Shown here piece after piece: positions 53,078 to 63,600 of a stretch of 64,000 nucleotides of DNA. The position numbers and the translations under genes are program-made. The notes beneath the pieces are model-generated. The model saw nothing but the letters and a program-made list of their open reading frames with translations, was not told the DNA's origin and made no database searches. The stretch lies in the IMG/VR virus record IMGVR_UViG_3300035208_008180. The stretch is one strand, 5' to 3'. Source of the DNA: a virus (lineage: Duplodnaviria > Caudoviricetes). Each line of letters begins with the position of its first letter. The stretch's first letter is position 1.

Positions 53078-53878
53078 TCATTCGTCTGTCCCCGGCTCAA
53101 TTGCTAAAGTAAGTCCCACAATCTCTTTTACGGACTCTTTCCATTTAACAACCTTGCGATCCTGCAAGGCTTCATAAATTTCCCATATTTTATCATCGGT
53201 CTGTCCAGCCTCAATACGGGCGACCTGCCGCTCGTCTTCCTCTGTTTCAATGATTACTCTCTGTCTGACTTTGTTCATCTTCCCGATCCAAATGCTATCG
53301 GTGACAAACAACTCCAACGTGTTGAATAATTCAACCATATTGGGAGCATCCAACATGGGCTCACAACTTACGCTTGTTTTGAACCCAGCTACAAATGCGT
53401 ATTTCAGGGCAGCCATACGCTCAAAGAAATTCGGGGCTCCTGGTTCCCAATATTTTAGGATTGCATCGTCAAATGCCCCAATAGTAAATCGGAAAAGAAT
53501 GTGATCCTTATACTCTTCAAACTCATGGCAAAGTCGTTTAATGCACTCCAAATGAGGCTTGGACACAATGAGAATATCGTTGCCAGCTTCCAGAAGTTTT
53601 CGCAACACAATGACGCAAGGCTCAATCATTTCTGGAACAATGTCATGCGTGGTGGGGAACATCACTGTTCCATCTTCTTTTTTTCGATTCTTTTTGACAT
53701 CATGCTCTCGGACTTCCGGCTTAGTCCAATCCTCGGGAGTGTTGATTTGCTTGAACCGCATAGCTCGGGAGCGTGCGTAGCAATAGCGGCAATTGTGGCT
53801 ACAGCCTTTGATGCAATTCACATTTGCCACTGCCCACTCCAAGGTGCCACTAATTTTTTTTGGCTTGCTTGACATCAT
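53078..53878 (-). CDS. radical SAM protein (SplB/DUF5131-like)
   Basis: GCSHNCRYCYA CxxxCxxC; VSKP; WEPGAP; SCEPM. Confidence 0.85.
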   Translation of the reverse strand: MMSSKPKKISGTLEWAVANVNCIKGCSHNCRYCYARSRAMRFKQINTPEDWTKPEVREHDVKKNRKKEDGTVMFPTTHDIVPEMIEPCVIVLRKLLEAGNDILIVSKPHLECIKRLCHEFEEYKDHILFRFTIGAFDDAILKYWEPGAPNFFERMAALKYAFVAGFKTSVSCEPMLDAPNMVELFNTLELFVTDSIWIGKMNKVRQRVIIETEEDERQVARIEAGQTDDKIWEIYEALQDRKVVKWKESVKEIVGLTLAIEPGTDE

Positions 53879-54027
53879 TTGCTTCCTTCATTGCTCTGCC
53901 ATTTGGACAAATACAAAAAAACTCACCGCCCGCAGGAAAACCCGCTGGTGAGGTTACTTTTCCCACAGTATCGATACGACCTGTGTTGCCACACAATCCG
54001 CATAAATTATTTTGCCCTATAAATTCA

Positions 54028-54423
54028 TCAAACCACAAATCCGTCAGAAACTTCTTCTGCTTGGGTGTCATTTTGTTCCTCGTCTTCGGCCAACTTCTCC
54101 AACGCTATATCTTCTGCTGTGTGAATCTTATCAATAATTTTGATAAATTCAAACTCACCATTGGCATGCTCTTCCCAAATATTCCAAACTATTTGGAATT
54201 TATTTTCATCTTCCAGATCATCCACAGCATCATTGAATGCTTTGATAAATTCTGGCATATAGGACCAATCCAAATCATCTTGATACCACTCTGCCATATA
54301 GGCTAGAGCTTGCTTTCGAGCCGTCGCCTTATCCTTGCACAAGATCAAATCAACATTGCTTTGCAGAGCAATAATACATGGACACTGACCTACTGGTGCA
54401 GTTTGCTCACCCACGTTCATCAT
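54028..54423 (-). CDS. hypothetical acidic protein
   Basis: 131 aa with AAGGAG RBS. Confidence 0.55.
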   Translation of the reverse strand: MMNVGEQTAPVGQCPCIIALQSNVDLILCKDKATARKQALAYMAEWYQDDLDWSYMPEFIKAFNDAVDDLEDENKFQIVWNIWEEHANGEFEFIKIIDKIHTAEDIALEKLAEDEEQNDTQAEEVSDGFVV

Positions 54424-55102
54424 CTTCTCCTTTTCTCAACAATCCAAACCCAGATCGGGTGGACATTATGGATTCAATTTCATCAAGGGAAAAAGGTCGA
54501 TATTCACCCAGAAGTTTGAATGCATTGTCTATGCCCACATCCATTGAAAATCGACCGGGCATAATGGAATCAAGCCAAGCCTCAGCACGGGCATGAGAAT
54601 GTCCGTATAGGTTTCTTGCTCCGTGGTGGCGACGATCCCAAATCGCATAAGCATAATGGGACGCTACATAATTTTTGTCCCCAATTCTCAAAGACAACAT
54701 ATCGGCATGCGTTCGAAAATACCCGGACGCATCAATTGCCTCTCTGCCCGCAGAAAATTGCTTAGGATCATGGTTTCCCCAAACCAAAACAACATTGCGA
54801 CATTTAATCTGCTTTCTGTAATAGATGAAAGCACCAGCTATTCGGTGGGGGTCGCCACGCACCCAACAGAAGTCTCCCACATGAATAAGTCGATCCTTTT
54901 CCCCCACCACAGAGTTAATGTGGTCAAGCATTCCCCGATCCATTCGGCTAATGCTTTCTTGGCTTATCCTCAACTGGGATATAGCTTTATGATCGCCGCT
55001 TGCCATAACAGCCCGTTCGGAATCTGTCATGAATTGCAGCCGGTGGCAATATTTCAGAATATTGCCGTGTCCAAAATGAGTATCTGCTGTGAAATAGTCC
55101 AT
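54407..55102 (-). CDS. calcineurin-like metallophosphoesterase (leaderless)
   Basis: DTHFGH, HVGDF, GNHD, SHY, YGHSH; ATG 6 nt after TATAAT of promoter 55109-55138. Confidence 0.88.
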   Translation of the reverse strand: MDYFTADTHFGHGNILKYCHRLQFMTDSERAVMASGDHKAISQLRISQESISRMDRGMLDHINSVVGEKDRLIHVGDFCWVRGDPHRIAGAFIYYRKQIKCRNVVLVWGNHDPKQFSAGREAIDASGYFRTHADMLSLRIGDKNYVASHYAYAIWDRRHHGARNLYGHSHARAEAWLDSIMPGRFSMDVGIDNAFKLLGEYRPFSLDEIESIMSTRSGFGLLRKGEDDERG

Positions 55103-55232
55103 GCCCCTATTATACTTCAGAAGGGATTTTTGTAAACCTAAGAAAGGTAGTATTCTACCGTCTTTTGTAGCCCCTCTTCAAGATTAAATTGAGGCTTCCA
55201 TCCGAGCGACATAATTTTGCTGATAGTATTGT

Positions 55233-55820
55233 TTATCTCCAAAGGCTGCCTTGGCCTACTACAGAAGGTTCGCTGACCTTCTTTGAAACCAACGCCCTTC
55301 TGACTTCTTCTGTTGATTTATTCACAAAAGTAGCCCACCATCCTGTGCTCCAATCGGGGCCAGCACTTGGAAATTCTGTAAAACCGAAAAGAAACCGCAT
55401 AACAGCCGGTTTGCTGTCTTTAAGGTATTTGTTGGAATACAAGGCTTCCTCATAATTATCAGTTTTTGGATCATAGGCAGTTCCAGCCCGCAGCAACAAA
55501 GTAAGCAAAGACCGTCGAATAAAATTATCTTTCCAGAATAAAGATGGAGCAATCCAAGTAATATAATCTCGATTAGTGGGGGCAAACTCAGAATATGAAA
55601 CACCCAATATTACTTCCGTTTTATACATAAAAGCAGAAACTTTTACAGCATCGCCAGCCAAATGAGACACGTAAAAACCTTCTGTATCTTCTGTGAAATA
55701 ACACGTATTAAAACGATCTCTGCATGCTATCCAAACCAATGCGTGGTTGGCTTGTGGTTCAATGGCAAATTGACCAGGATTTGGGCGTTTTAAAGATTCT
55801 TTAATTATACGAGTTAGCAT
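55233..55820 (-). CDS. hypothetical protein
   Basis: 195-aa ORF. Confidence 0.6.
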   Translation of the reverse strand: MLTRIIKESLKRPNPGQFAIEPQANHALVWIACRDRFNTCYFTEDTEGFYVSHLAGDAVKVSAFMYKTEVILGVSYSEFAPTNRDYITWIAPSLFWKDNFIRRSLLTLLLRAGTAYDPKTDNYEEALYSNKYLKDSKPAVMRFLFGFTEFPSAGPDWSTGWWATFVNKSTEEVRRALVSKKVSEPSVVGQGSLWR

Positions 55821-56781
55821 GGGCAGAGCAACGAGCGTTCCTTTCGTGTGAATTGCAAACTATTATTCGATTATCTACAGTTTTAATAATTTTGTTTTCG
55901 CCAACATATTCTACAGTTTCACAATCTTCAAATTCACCACCTATTTCTTCTAGTATAACATTTTTACAATATGGAACAACTGTATTTTGAACAGATGGAA
56001 TAGATAGTCCTTTGTTTTTTGTGTCTTTTCTTCGCAATTTGAGATTTAAATTAATTTGCCCTTCATTTTCTACTCCTTCGCAATAAATCCTTCCAGCATT
56101 ATAGGCACCAGCGGGCCAATTAGCACCAGCAAGAAAATTTCTATACCAAGAATGCATTGCACATCCTGTTACCTTAGGCATCACTCGCACCGGCTCTTGA
56201 TCGCTGCCAATGTTGACCGTATAGATTCCCTCTGCCTCTTTAGTGCCATTGCATTTCATGCACTCTTCATTTATTTCCATTGAGGCACAAGCAACTTTAT
56301 GATAAAAACACTGCGAGCTTGAGAGTCCAGTTGCACAATAATGACAAGTTCCCTTATTGCCCGATAAAACTATTTCTAAAATTTGTTTTGGACGTAATGT
56401 GAGGGTGATATTGTCTGGGTCGATAATTGTAAGTATATCATTGACCTTGGGTGTAGATTGTTCTAAAACAACCACCATGTTAGATTGTCCGTGCTGTCGC
56501 ACAACACATATTTCGCCCAACACGACCGAAGAATATTTCGCCCAATCATCCATGATATCTGGATATAATTGACGAAAACGCATATCAACTGGTCCATCGG
56601 GACGATCTTTGTTTAAATTTTCCTCACACTCCAAATATTCACTATTCCAAGTAAAATCCAGAATCTGCTCTGCTGGATTATTGCCAAATATGGAGGAAAA
56701 ATGGAGGAAAAATTCCTGATGCGGCTTTATTTTAATGTAGGAAAAGCTCGACTTAGGATTGCGAATTTTTAGTATTTCCAT
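55801..56781 (-). CDS. hypothetical protein
   Basis: 326-aa ORF. Confidence 0.6.
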   Translation of the reverse strand: MEILKIRNPKSSFSYIKIKPHQEFFLHFSSIFGNNPAEQILDFTWNSEYLECEENLNKDRPDGPVDMRFRQLYPDIMDDWAKYSSVVLGEICVVRQHGQSNMVVVLEQSTPKVNDILTIIDPDNITLTLRPKQILEIVLSGNKGTCHYCATGLSSSQCFYHKVACASMEINEECMKCNGTKEAEGIYTVNIGSDQEPVRVMPKVTGCAMHSWYRNFLAGANWPAGAYNAGRIYCEGVENEGQINLNLKLRRKDTKNKGLSIPSVQNTVVPYCKNVILEEIGGEFEDCETVEYVGENKIIKTVDNRIIVCNSHERNARCSAHANSYN

Positions 56782-57328
56782 GTACTAACTCCGCTAACCA
56801 ATTGGCATATTCCTTTGAATATCTTCTCATATCCATGTTTAACGCCTCTACAAACAACGGCAACTTATTTTGAAAATATATCAAAATTTTATCTAAAGAT
56901 TCTAGTCGGGATTCAACAGACAAACTCGGGTCTATAGTGGAAAGAAAGTCCTGTTTTGACACATAACTTGCCAACAAACCATCATAACAATAGAGGCAAA
57001 TTTCCCATGTAATTAATCGTAATTCTTTTTGCCAAGGCAGTCTTACAACATTTTTTCTCCATTCGAGAAAAAAATCTTCATATTCATCCAAAAACAATTT
57101 ATTTTCAGTTAATTGTTCAAACAAAACACCATCTCTGTATCCGTTATGTATTGGCTCGTAAGTTTTTATATAATATACCCCCGGACGCCATGTTGGCTCT
57201 TGCCAATTAATGGTCAATAAATACCAATTGTTGTCGGCGGGCTTGAAAAAAGCACATCCTGATCGGATGTGTTTAACATAAGGTATATCGATACCGTGCC
57301 GTTTAAGATATTCTTCGCAGAGATACAT
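56753..57328 (-). CDS. hypothetical protein
   Basis: 191-aa ORF. Confidence 0.6.
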   Translation of the reverse strand: MYLCEEYLKRHGIDIPYVKHIRSGCAFFKPADNNWYLLTINWQEPTWRPGVYYIKTYEPIHNGYRDGVLFEQLTENKLFLDEYEDFFLEWRKNVVRLPWQKELRLITWEICLYCYDGLLASYVSKQDFLSTIDPSLSVESRLESLDKILIYFQNKLPLFVEALNMDMRRYSKEYANWLAELVHGNTKNSQS

Positions 57329-57545
57329 TACTTTTCTACAATTTTTTTCAATTCATTTAATCGAATAGGATCAGCCACAGCCCAGCAACGAGTTTGTTCG
57401 TCCCAAGCCACAGGGTATTTTTTAGGAAAACTTTCTAAAATTTCAAAAAGCTCTCCTGTGTCTTTGGCATGCTCCACTGATCTCAAAAAAATCAAAGGAT
57501 GCAAATCAACATATCTTTCTCTTAGCTTATCAATCACTTCCTGAT

Positions 57546-57824
57546 TCATTTGCCATTCCAAAAACTAACACCAGCTTGTTGCGTGTTCCACCATCGCCAT
57601 ATCCACAGGGCAACAATGCCGCCAACGATGCCAAGAATGATGCCAGAAGTTTGTCCAAATTCACCTCTACCAATCAGGAAATTAATAAGCCCTCCAACAT
57701 AAGAGCCAACAACACCAACCACAATTGTTGATAATAGCCCTACAGGGGCAGCCGCAGGCATGATAGCTTTCGCAATCAATCCCACAATTATAGCATAAAA
57801 TAAAAATCCAATCAACCAAAGCAT
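57546..57824 (-). CDS. GlsB/YeaQ/YmgE-family membrane protein
   Basis: IIVGLIAKAIMP..TIVVGVVGSYVGG..GIILGIVGGIV; three TM helices. Confidence 0.85.
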   Translation of the reverse strand: MLWLIGFLFYAIIVGLIAKAIMPAAAPVGLLSTIVVGVVGSYVGGLINFLIGRGEFGQTSGIILGIVGGIVALWIWRWWNTQQAGVSFWNGK

Positions 57825-57878
57825 AACTCACCTCCCTTTTTAATTATATATGATTCACAAGTGGCAAACCTCTTGTGT

Positions 57879-58925
57879 TCATAGCTCCATAAATTTCAAC
57901 TTCTTTTGTGCTTCTTTTTTGTGCTTCAAATTACCCCATTGAACCATACGATTCAATATCCACTTTTTTAATTCAAATAACTCATCCGACAATAAATAAA
58001 CACCTTTATCTTTTTCTAGTCCCAAATACCTCAAAAATTCCTCCAAAGTAGGTACTTGGGAAAAATCAGTCGGCATAATTTTGTTTTTTGAAAAATCCAC
58101 AAACCACAAATATAAATATGTCCAATTAATAATTTCCGAACTGGTTAATGTGCCCTCTGGCATCCGTAATTCTACTGTTTTACGACTCGTATCATATCCC
58201 CCATGCCCTGCTTCACCCCTTATGGCAGCCGCATAGTTCACCAAATTTATTGCCAATTTTTTTTGAGGATTCTCATGTACATTGAGATTTGAAGGCTTAA
58301 TATAACGCCAATAATCTTCTGGAGTTTCAAATACTCCTTCATACTTAAAATGTTTTCCCAATAATTTGCAATATTTATTTGTGCGGCGATGTGGTGGAAG
58401 CATTTGGCATATCCACGGCTCTATTTTAATCCATCGAGCAACAAGAACGGCAACTTGCTCTGGGGCAAAATCTTTAACTTCTGCGTGAATATGAAGCCCA
58501 CAATTATTGTTGACTTCTACACCAGCTTTTCGCAAAGCATCTGCCACATTACCTATGTGCAAAAGATCACGCTGGCCCTGGGCGATAAACGAAGCAACTT
58601 CCCATCCACCATTGTCTTTTTTCTTGCCGAGCGGACCACAGGTGCTGTCATACTTGACATGCCAATAATCATTTTGGCTGGTTTGTGCCCATCCTGGGCA
58701 ATCGTCACCAAAAATACCATCTGTTACCACAATGTGCCGAGAAGATTTTTTGGCAATAATATCTCTAATGTATTGTTTGCTAATACATGGATGACGATAG
58801 CCAAACTGATCGGTCCACACTGATTCTTTGGAAGAACCACGGATAACTTGATTTTTTACGCTGCTGACTTCTAATTCAATACCAAAACGACGCTTGCTAT
58901 TAAATTTTTTGTATTCTATGAGCAT
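57879..58925 (-). CDS. putative amidoligase (COOH-NH2 ligase family)
   Basis: RRFGIELE, WHVKYDST, WEVAS, VNNNCGLHIH, TVELR. Confidence 0.82.
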   Translation of the reverse strand: MLIEYKKFNSKRRFGIELEVSSVKNQVIRGSSKESVWTDQFGYRHPCISKQYIRDIIAKKSSRHIVVTDGIFGDDCPGWAQTSQNDYWHVKYDSTCGPLGKKKDNGGWEVASFIAQGQRDLLHIGNVADALRKAGVEVNNNCGLHIHAEVKDFAPEQVAVLVARWIKIEPWICQMLPPHRRTNKYCKLLGKHFKYEGVFETPEDYWRYIKPSNLNVHENPQKKLAINLVNYAAAIRGEAGHGGYDTSRKTVELRMPEGTLTSSEIINWTYLYLWFVDFSKNKIMPTDFSQVPTLEEFLRYLGLEKDKGVYLLSDELFELKKWILNRMVQWGNLKHKKEAQKKLKFMEL

Positions 58926-59181
58926 GATTATAGGATAGCATAAAACTCAGACAAAAGTCAAGATTGATCCCTGTTTTCATCGCCCACGCCACCAACCCAA
59001 TTCATCAATCGACTAACGTTCGATCTTTGGGCTTGCACAACTTCCCACAATTCGCCCAATTCGTTAGAGAGCTTGACCAACAAAAAGCATGCCGCAACTA
59101 AAAGAGCCAATGTTATCAACACCAAAACAAGAATAACAACCAATAAAATAACCATATGTGCCTCCGAATACATTATAGCAT

Positions 59182-62100
59182 TTAAGCCGTAAAAATAGAA
59201 ACTGGAATTGACGGAATCGATAGATTGACTATTTGGCTACCAATATAAATCCTAAGGGCGGTATTACCCTCCCAAGCAGAAGCATCAAACAAGCCTATAT
59301 TATCTACTAGTTGTGCGTCTACTGCTGCTTCTCCGGTAATAGGATTGATGGCTGTTCCACCACCATAATAGAAGAATTCAAACTTTATTCCAAATTGTAA
59401 TGTTTTGTTGCAATACGGATTGATCGCAAAATTTACTCTCAATTTCGCTGATGTGTTCTTGGTTGTACCAAGCAAATTCTGCAACCTGTGTGCTGTTAGC
59501 ACATATTGCCAAGTCCAATCAGCTATGCTGACATCTCCTATGACACTTGTGCAATTCCACTCATATTGCAATGTCCATTTTTCAGTGGTGTGTTCTTCCA
59601 ATCCTACGCCAGCAAAATGACTTGTTCCCCGCCAATAGGGATCAAAATTCCCACCATACAATAAATTGACAACATTAGGAAACACTAAATTATTTTTAAG
59701 CAAGAAAAACTTTAATTTAGACAATCTATTAAAATCGTGCTGCATATACAAAATCTGTGGAATTGGCTGGCACTCACAAGAAGTGGATACATTCTCTTGC
59801 GGCAACCAAATAATTGGCTGTGAATTGTACAAATCTGAATCAGGGTACTTTGGAGCTTCTACAATTGCAACGTCTGCACCGCCGAAAGTATCAAACTCAC
59901 CCTTGTAGCTACAATCTGTTTCGGACAAACCTTCAACATCTATCTCCCCCAAAGCATGCCATGTATATGCTGAACTTATCACAAGGGATGTTCCACCTAT
60001 TGTTATGCCACCTTCTGCCCTAATATCCAATAATGAATTTCCGCCAATCACTAAACTTCCAGCAGACACATGAGTAAATGTACCAAAATATCCCCCCTCT
60101 AATGTTATTGTTCCACTTGCAGTAGCTGCCCAAGCAGAAGAAACTACTATAGCACTCCCGCCCAAGGAGAAAGGTGTTGGAACAACCACATACGGCACAG
60201 GATAAGCAAGAGAAGTGCCTTTTATTTCCAACTCGCCAGAAGATGTGTATAAATAATCCATTGTGACAATGTTGGAATTTGCAGAGCCAATTAAAGCGAC
60301 CACTCCTTCAGCAAGATGAATATATGTTGCTTTTTCAGAAGATACGCCACTTAGCCCTAAACCACCTGAGGCTTCCCACTCCCACACGGGTGACACTACA
60401 CTCGACATTCCTGTAATCAAAACCGTTCCATTGGCCACTGCTTCCCATGCACTACACGCCAACAGAGATAAGCCATCTATGCTTAAAGACCCAGAAGCCA
60501 CACAATCATAGTGGCTGCTAATCACAGGTGAAGTCCCAGTAATTAAAATACCACCAATTAGCTCACATACGCCACTGCTGTCAAATTCTAAACTGAATGC
60601 ATTTGAAAAAGCCCCAGGAGGCAAACACCACTGTGCAGGTGAAGTGCCGCCTATTTCAATTTTGACAACACTCTCAACAATATCGACAGTTAAGAAAAAT
60701 GTTTTTATACCACCGCTAACATTAGGAGCAACAGCTATTGAAGTAGTAGTAATTGATGCTGGGGGTATTGTGTAACCAACAGGTCGATGAAAAATAGGTG
60801 CAACAGCAGTATCGACACTTGTAGTGGTGGTTACTGTTCCTGCCCCTAATCCGGTAGAAAGTGTGAACTCTAAACATTCGGGCACTGTTTGCCATCCGAC
60901 TTGATCTTCGCAAACTATCCAGGGTCCAGTTTGCCCCAATATTACATCATTTTTTGAATCCAGCGGCTTTAAATATTTTTTAATAGATTTAACACGCCAA
61001 TACAACAATGGACGATCTGCCTGTATTTTCTTTAATTTGGTGCATACATCCTGAATGTTTGCGGCGGTCAAATACCTAATATAATACATGCCACAAGTGC
61101 CAGTACAAACTGGTCCCCACACTGTCCCTGGAAAACCACCACCACCACCACCACCTGAACTTGACGTTGAGCTACTTGAACTTGATTTTGAGCTACTTGA
61201 ACTTGATTGTAAAAAGTTCAAGCTCAAGTAGTTCGAACTTGAACTTGAATTTTTTGAACTTGAACTACTTGAACTGCTACTTGAACTTAACTTTGAACTA
61301 CTTGAACTTGGAATTGGTGGATAATCCGCCACTATCGTAGGAAGTGGATTTCCTATAGTCCCTGGCATAGGGTCATAATAATTCCCAAAGGGTATCCACG
61401 GAAAATAGGGTGGTTGTGTGGAATCACAAATTCCAATGCCATAACCTGGGTCACGCCACTCTGGATTTGCATGTATACCAACTTGTGTGCTAAGATTCCA
61501 TTTACAAATTTCGGGATCATACCAAAATACAAACGCCCCATCATCTCGTGTGTATGTCAGTCCCTTGCCATACTTACCAGAACAATAATAATCACCCATG
61601 CAATTTGGCTGAGGGCTTACATGTCCACTGGCTCCCAATACTCTAATATGCTCGTAAGGATTTAAACCACTACACTCTTGTCCATCTGGTCCGTAAAGGA
61701 ATGATCTAAGAGCCTCTGGTGGTATCAATCCTAAATTCACAACCTCACCATCAGTTGTTTCTTTAGAAATATTTGAATCTACGAAAGATACATCCACATC
61801 AAGAGGCAACTCTTCGGCAAATAATAAATGTGGGCTTTCTACCCCTCCTAAAATAACAATAAAACCATTAAATCTATAGTCAGGAGGAGCAAGAGGAATC
61901 TTAATCCTTATGGTGTCAGAATCAATATGCTCAACACTTTGAACATCCACTAATGTTGCTGGCGAAGTAGTTTCATCCCAAATCTCGACAACAACCCCAT
62001 TAGAGTGAAGATTGTGAACAAATGTAATTTCATACATGCCCCCACTCGAAACCCAATCAGATATGGAAAATGCATGTCTATAATAATATAGATTTACATA

Positions 62101-62577
62101 AGACTGTGATGAACTTGAAGAGCTACTACTGCTACGGCTTGAAGAAGAGCCCGAAGTAGAGCTAGAATGTCCTCCAGAGCTTGTGGATGGCACTGTGCCG
62201 TCACAACATGTGACAGATGGGCCACAATTATCTATATAAACAGTTTCTAAATTCTCAACTACTTCGCTTTCTACTCGCCACCAAAAAAGCACTGGATCAT
62301 TGTTGTGAACATTCTTTCCATAACCATCCCAATAAAAGTCTATGGATCGAGATGCAATACCGGGCACATCCCAATAAACCTGCAAAGTTGGAAAATACAC
62401 AGCCTCTAATCCTGTTGGATCAAAGGGGTTTGTTTTAATGTATATTGCACCTGTTGCCACATAGGAATAATCTGATGTTTCGGAGCTTGAGCTTGAGCTT
62501 GAGCTTGAGCTTGAGCTTGAGCTTGAGCTTGAGCTTGAGCTTGTAAACATCATTTTGCTTAAAACTGAATCGAACAT
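59182..62577 (-). CDS. large Ser/Gly-rich putative virion or surface protein
   Basis: About 1130 aa; poly-Ser tracts; repeated A(S/T)G.(I/L).(I/L).G.S units; TAATG-coupled to phoH. Confidence 0.6.
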   Translation of the reverse strand: MFDSVLSKMMFTSSSSSSSSSSSSSSSSSSSSETSDYSYVATGAIYIKTNPFDPTGLEAVYFPTLQVYWDVPGIASRSIDFYWDGYGKNVHNNDPVLFWWRVESEVVENLETVYIDNCGPSVTCCDGTVPSTSSGGHSSSTSGSSSSRSSSSSSSSSQSYVNLYYYRHAFSISDWVSSGGMYEITFVHNLHSNGVVVEIWDETTSPATLVDVQSVEHIDSDTIRIKIPLAPPDYRFNGFIVILGGVESPHLLFAEELPLDVDVSFVDSNISKETTDGEVVNLGLIPPEALRSFLYGPDGQECSGLNPYEHIRVLGASGHVSPQPNCMGDYYCSGKYGKGLTYTRDDGAFVFWYDPEICKWNLSTQVGIHANPEWRDPGYGIGICDSTQPPYFPWIPFGNYYDPMPGTIGNPLPTIVADYPPIPSSSSSKLSSSSSSSSSSSKNSSSSSNYLSLNFLQSSSSSSKSSSSSSTSSSGGGGGGGFPGTVWGPVCTGTCGMYYIRYLTAANIQDVCTKLKKIQADRPLLYWRVKSIKKYLKPLDSKNDVILGQTGPWIVCEDQVGWQTVPECLEFTLSTGLGAGTVTTTTSVDTAVAPIFHRPVGYTIPPASITTTSIAVAPNVSGGIKTFFLTVDIVESVVKIEIGGTSPAQWCLPPGAFSNAFSLEFDSSGVCELIGGILITGTSPVISSHYDCVASGSLSIDGLSLLACSAWEAVANGTVLITGMSSVVSPVWEWEASGGLGLSGVSSEKATYIHLAEGVVALIGSANSNIVTMDYLYTSSGELEIKGTSLAYPVPYVVVPTPFSLGGSAIVVSSAWAATASGTITLEGGYFGTFTHVSAGSLVIGGNSLLDIRAEGGITIGGTSLVISSAYTWHALGEIDVEGLSETDCSYKGEFDTFGGADVAIVEAPKYPDSDLYNSQPIIWLPQENVSTSCECQPIPQILYMQHDFNRLSKLKFFLLKNNLVFPNVVNLLYGGNFDPYWRGTSHFAGVGLEEHTTEKWTLQYEWNCTSVIGDVSIADWTWQYVLTAHRLQNLLGTTKNTSAKLRVNFAINPYCNKTLQFGIKFEFFYYGGGTAINPITGEAAVDAQLVDNIGLFDASAWEGNTALRIYIGSQIVNLSIPSIPVSIFTA
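62483..62542. repeat. (GAGCTT)x10 tandem repeat encoding poly-Ser
   Basis: Perfect 6-mer x10. Confidence 0.95.
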
Positions 62578-63221
62578 TAACTCTCCAATTTGGCCAACAT
62601 CGCTGATACTAATGGATGCCTCACAATAGAGTCCTCTTTGAATCGCACGACACAAATACCAGGAACTACATCTAAACGACTTACAACATCCATCAATCCC
62701 GAGCTTTCTCCGATATCGCTTTGACTGGGGTCACCTGTAATGATAATTTTGCTATTTTCTCCCAGACGAGTTAAAAACAATTTTAATTGCATACGACTGG
62801 CATTTTGGGCTTCATCAAAAATAGCAATAGCGTTATCAAATGTGCGACCTCTGAGATATGCTAGGGGAGCAACCTCAATAGCAGCAGCTACTGTATCGTG
62901 TTGGAGAGGATTTGGAGCAAGCTTCTTCATGGAGTCAACCAAAGGAAGCATATAAGGCCCAGTTTTTTCATGCAAATCTCCAGGCAAATAGCCCAAAGAT
63001 TCACCAGCTTCTACAATAGGTCTGGTGAGAATTATTTTTTTATGACTGCCTTGTAGCAGTTCATGAATGGCAAAAGCCATCGCAAGATATGTTTTGCCAG
63101 TACCTGCTGGACCTATCATAAACATTACATCATGTTGTTGAAATCCAGCCCATGCCAGTTTTTGTGCGGCATTGAGAAATTCAATATGGAATTTCCCCAC
63201 ATTTTTCTTAATTTTACTCAT
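62577..63221 (-). CDS. phoH: PhoH-family ATPase
   Basis: GPAGTGKT, LTRP.VEAGESLGYLPG, PLAYLRGRTF, DEAQN, TGDPSQSD, VRHPLV. Confidence 0.95.
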   Translation of the reverse strand: MSKIKKNVGKFHIEFLNAAQKLAWAGFQQHDVMFMIGPAGTGKTYLAMAFAIHELLQGSHKKIILTRPIVEAGESLGYLPGDLHEKTGPYMLPLVDSMKKLAPNPLQHDTVAAAIEVAPLAYLRGRTFDNAIAIFDEAQNASRMQLKLFLTRLGENSKIIITGDPSQSDIGESSGLMDVVSRLDVVPGICVVRFKEDSIVRHPLVSAMLAKLES

Positions 63222-63600
63222 AATGATATTTATACTCCGTCTGCAAATAAAGAAAGCCCTGTCAAAGAAGAAATCCTCAACAGGGCCAAAATGCAGGACA
63301 CACTCTCGAAATTATGGCTTGTTTGCAGTTCGCTACCCCCACGCATCGGGAAGAACTGGGAACCTATGCTTACACAAGTGATTTTTACCCCAGATAATTC
63401 CAAAGTTTAGTGTGAATTATGAACACAAGCTTGAATTTTAGCAAAAATATACAATTGTGAAACCAGTATTACACCATGCATGGATTTAGTGCCCACACCG
63501 GATAGGGAACTTGTGCCACAGGTCTAGAATTGTAACATTTACGCATATATTCAATGTCTTGCATACAAATATTATAGATAGAAAACATAGATATTACAAC

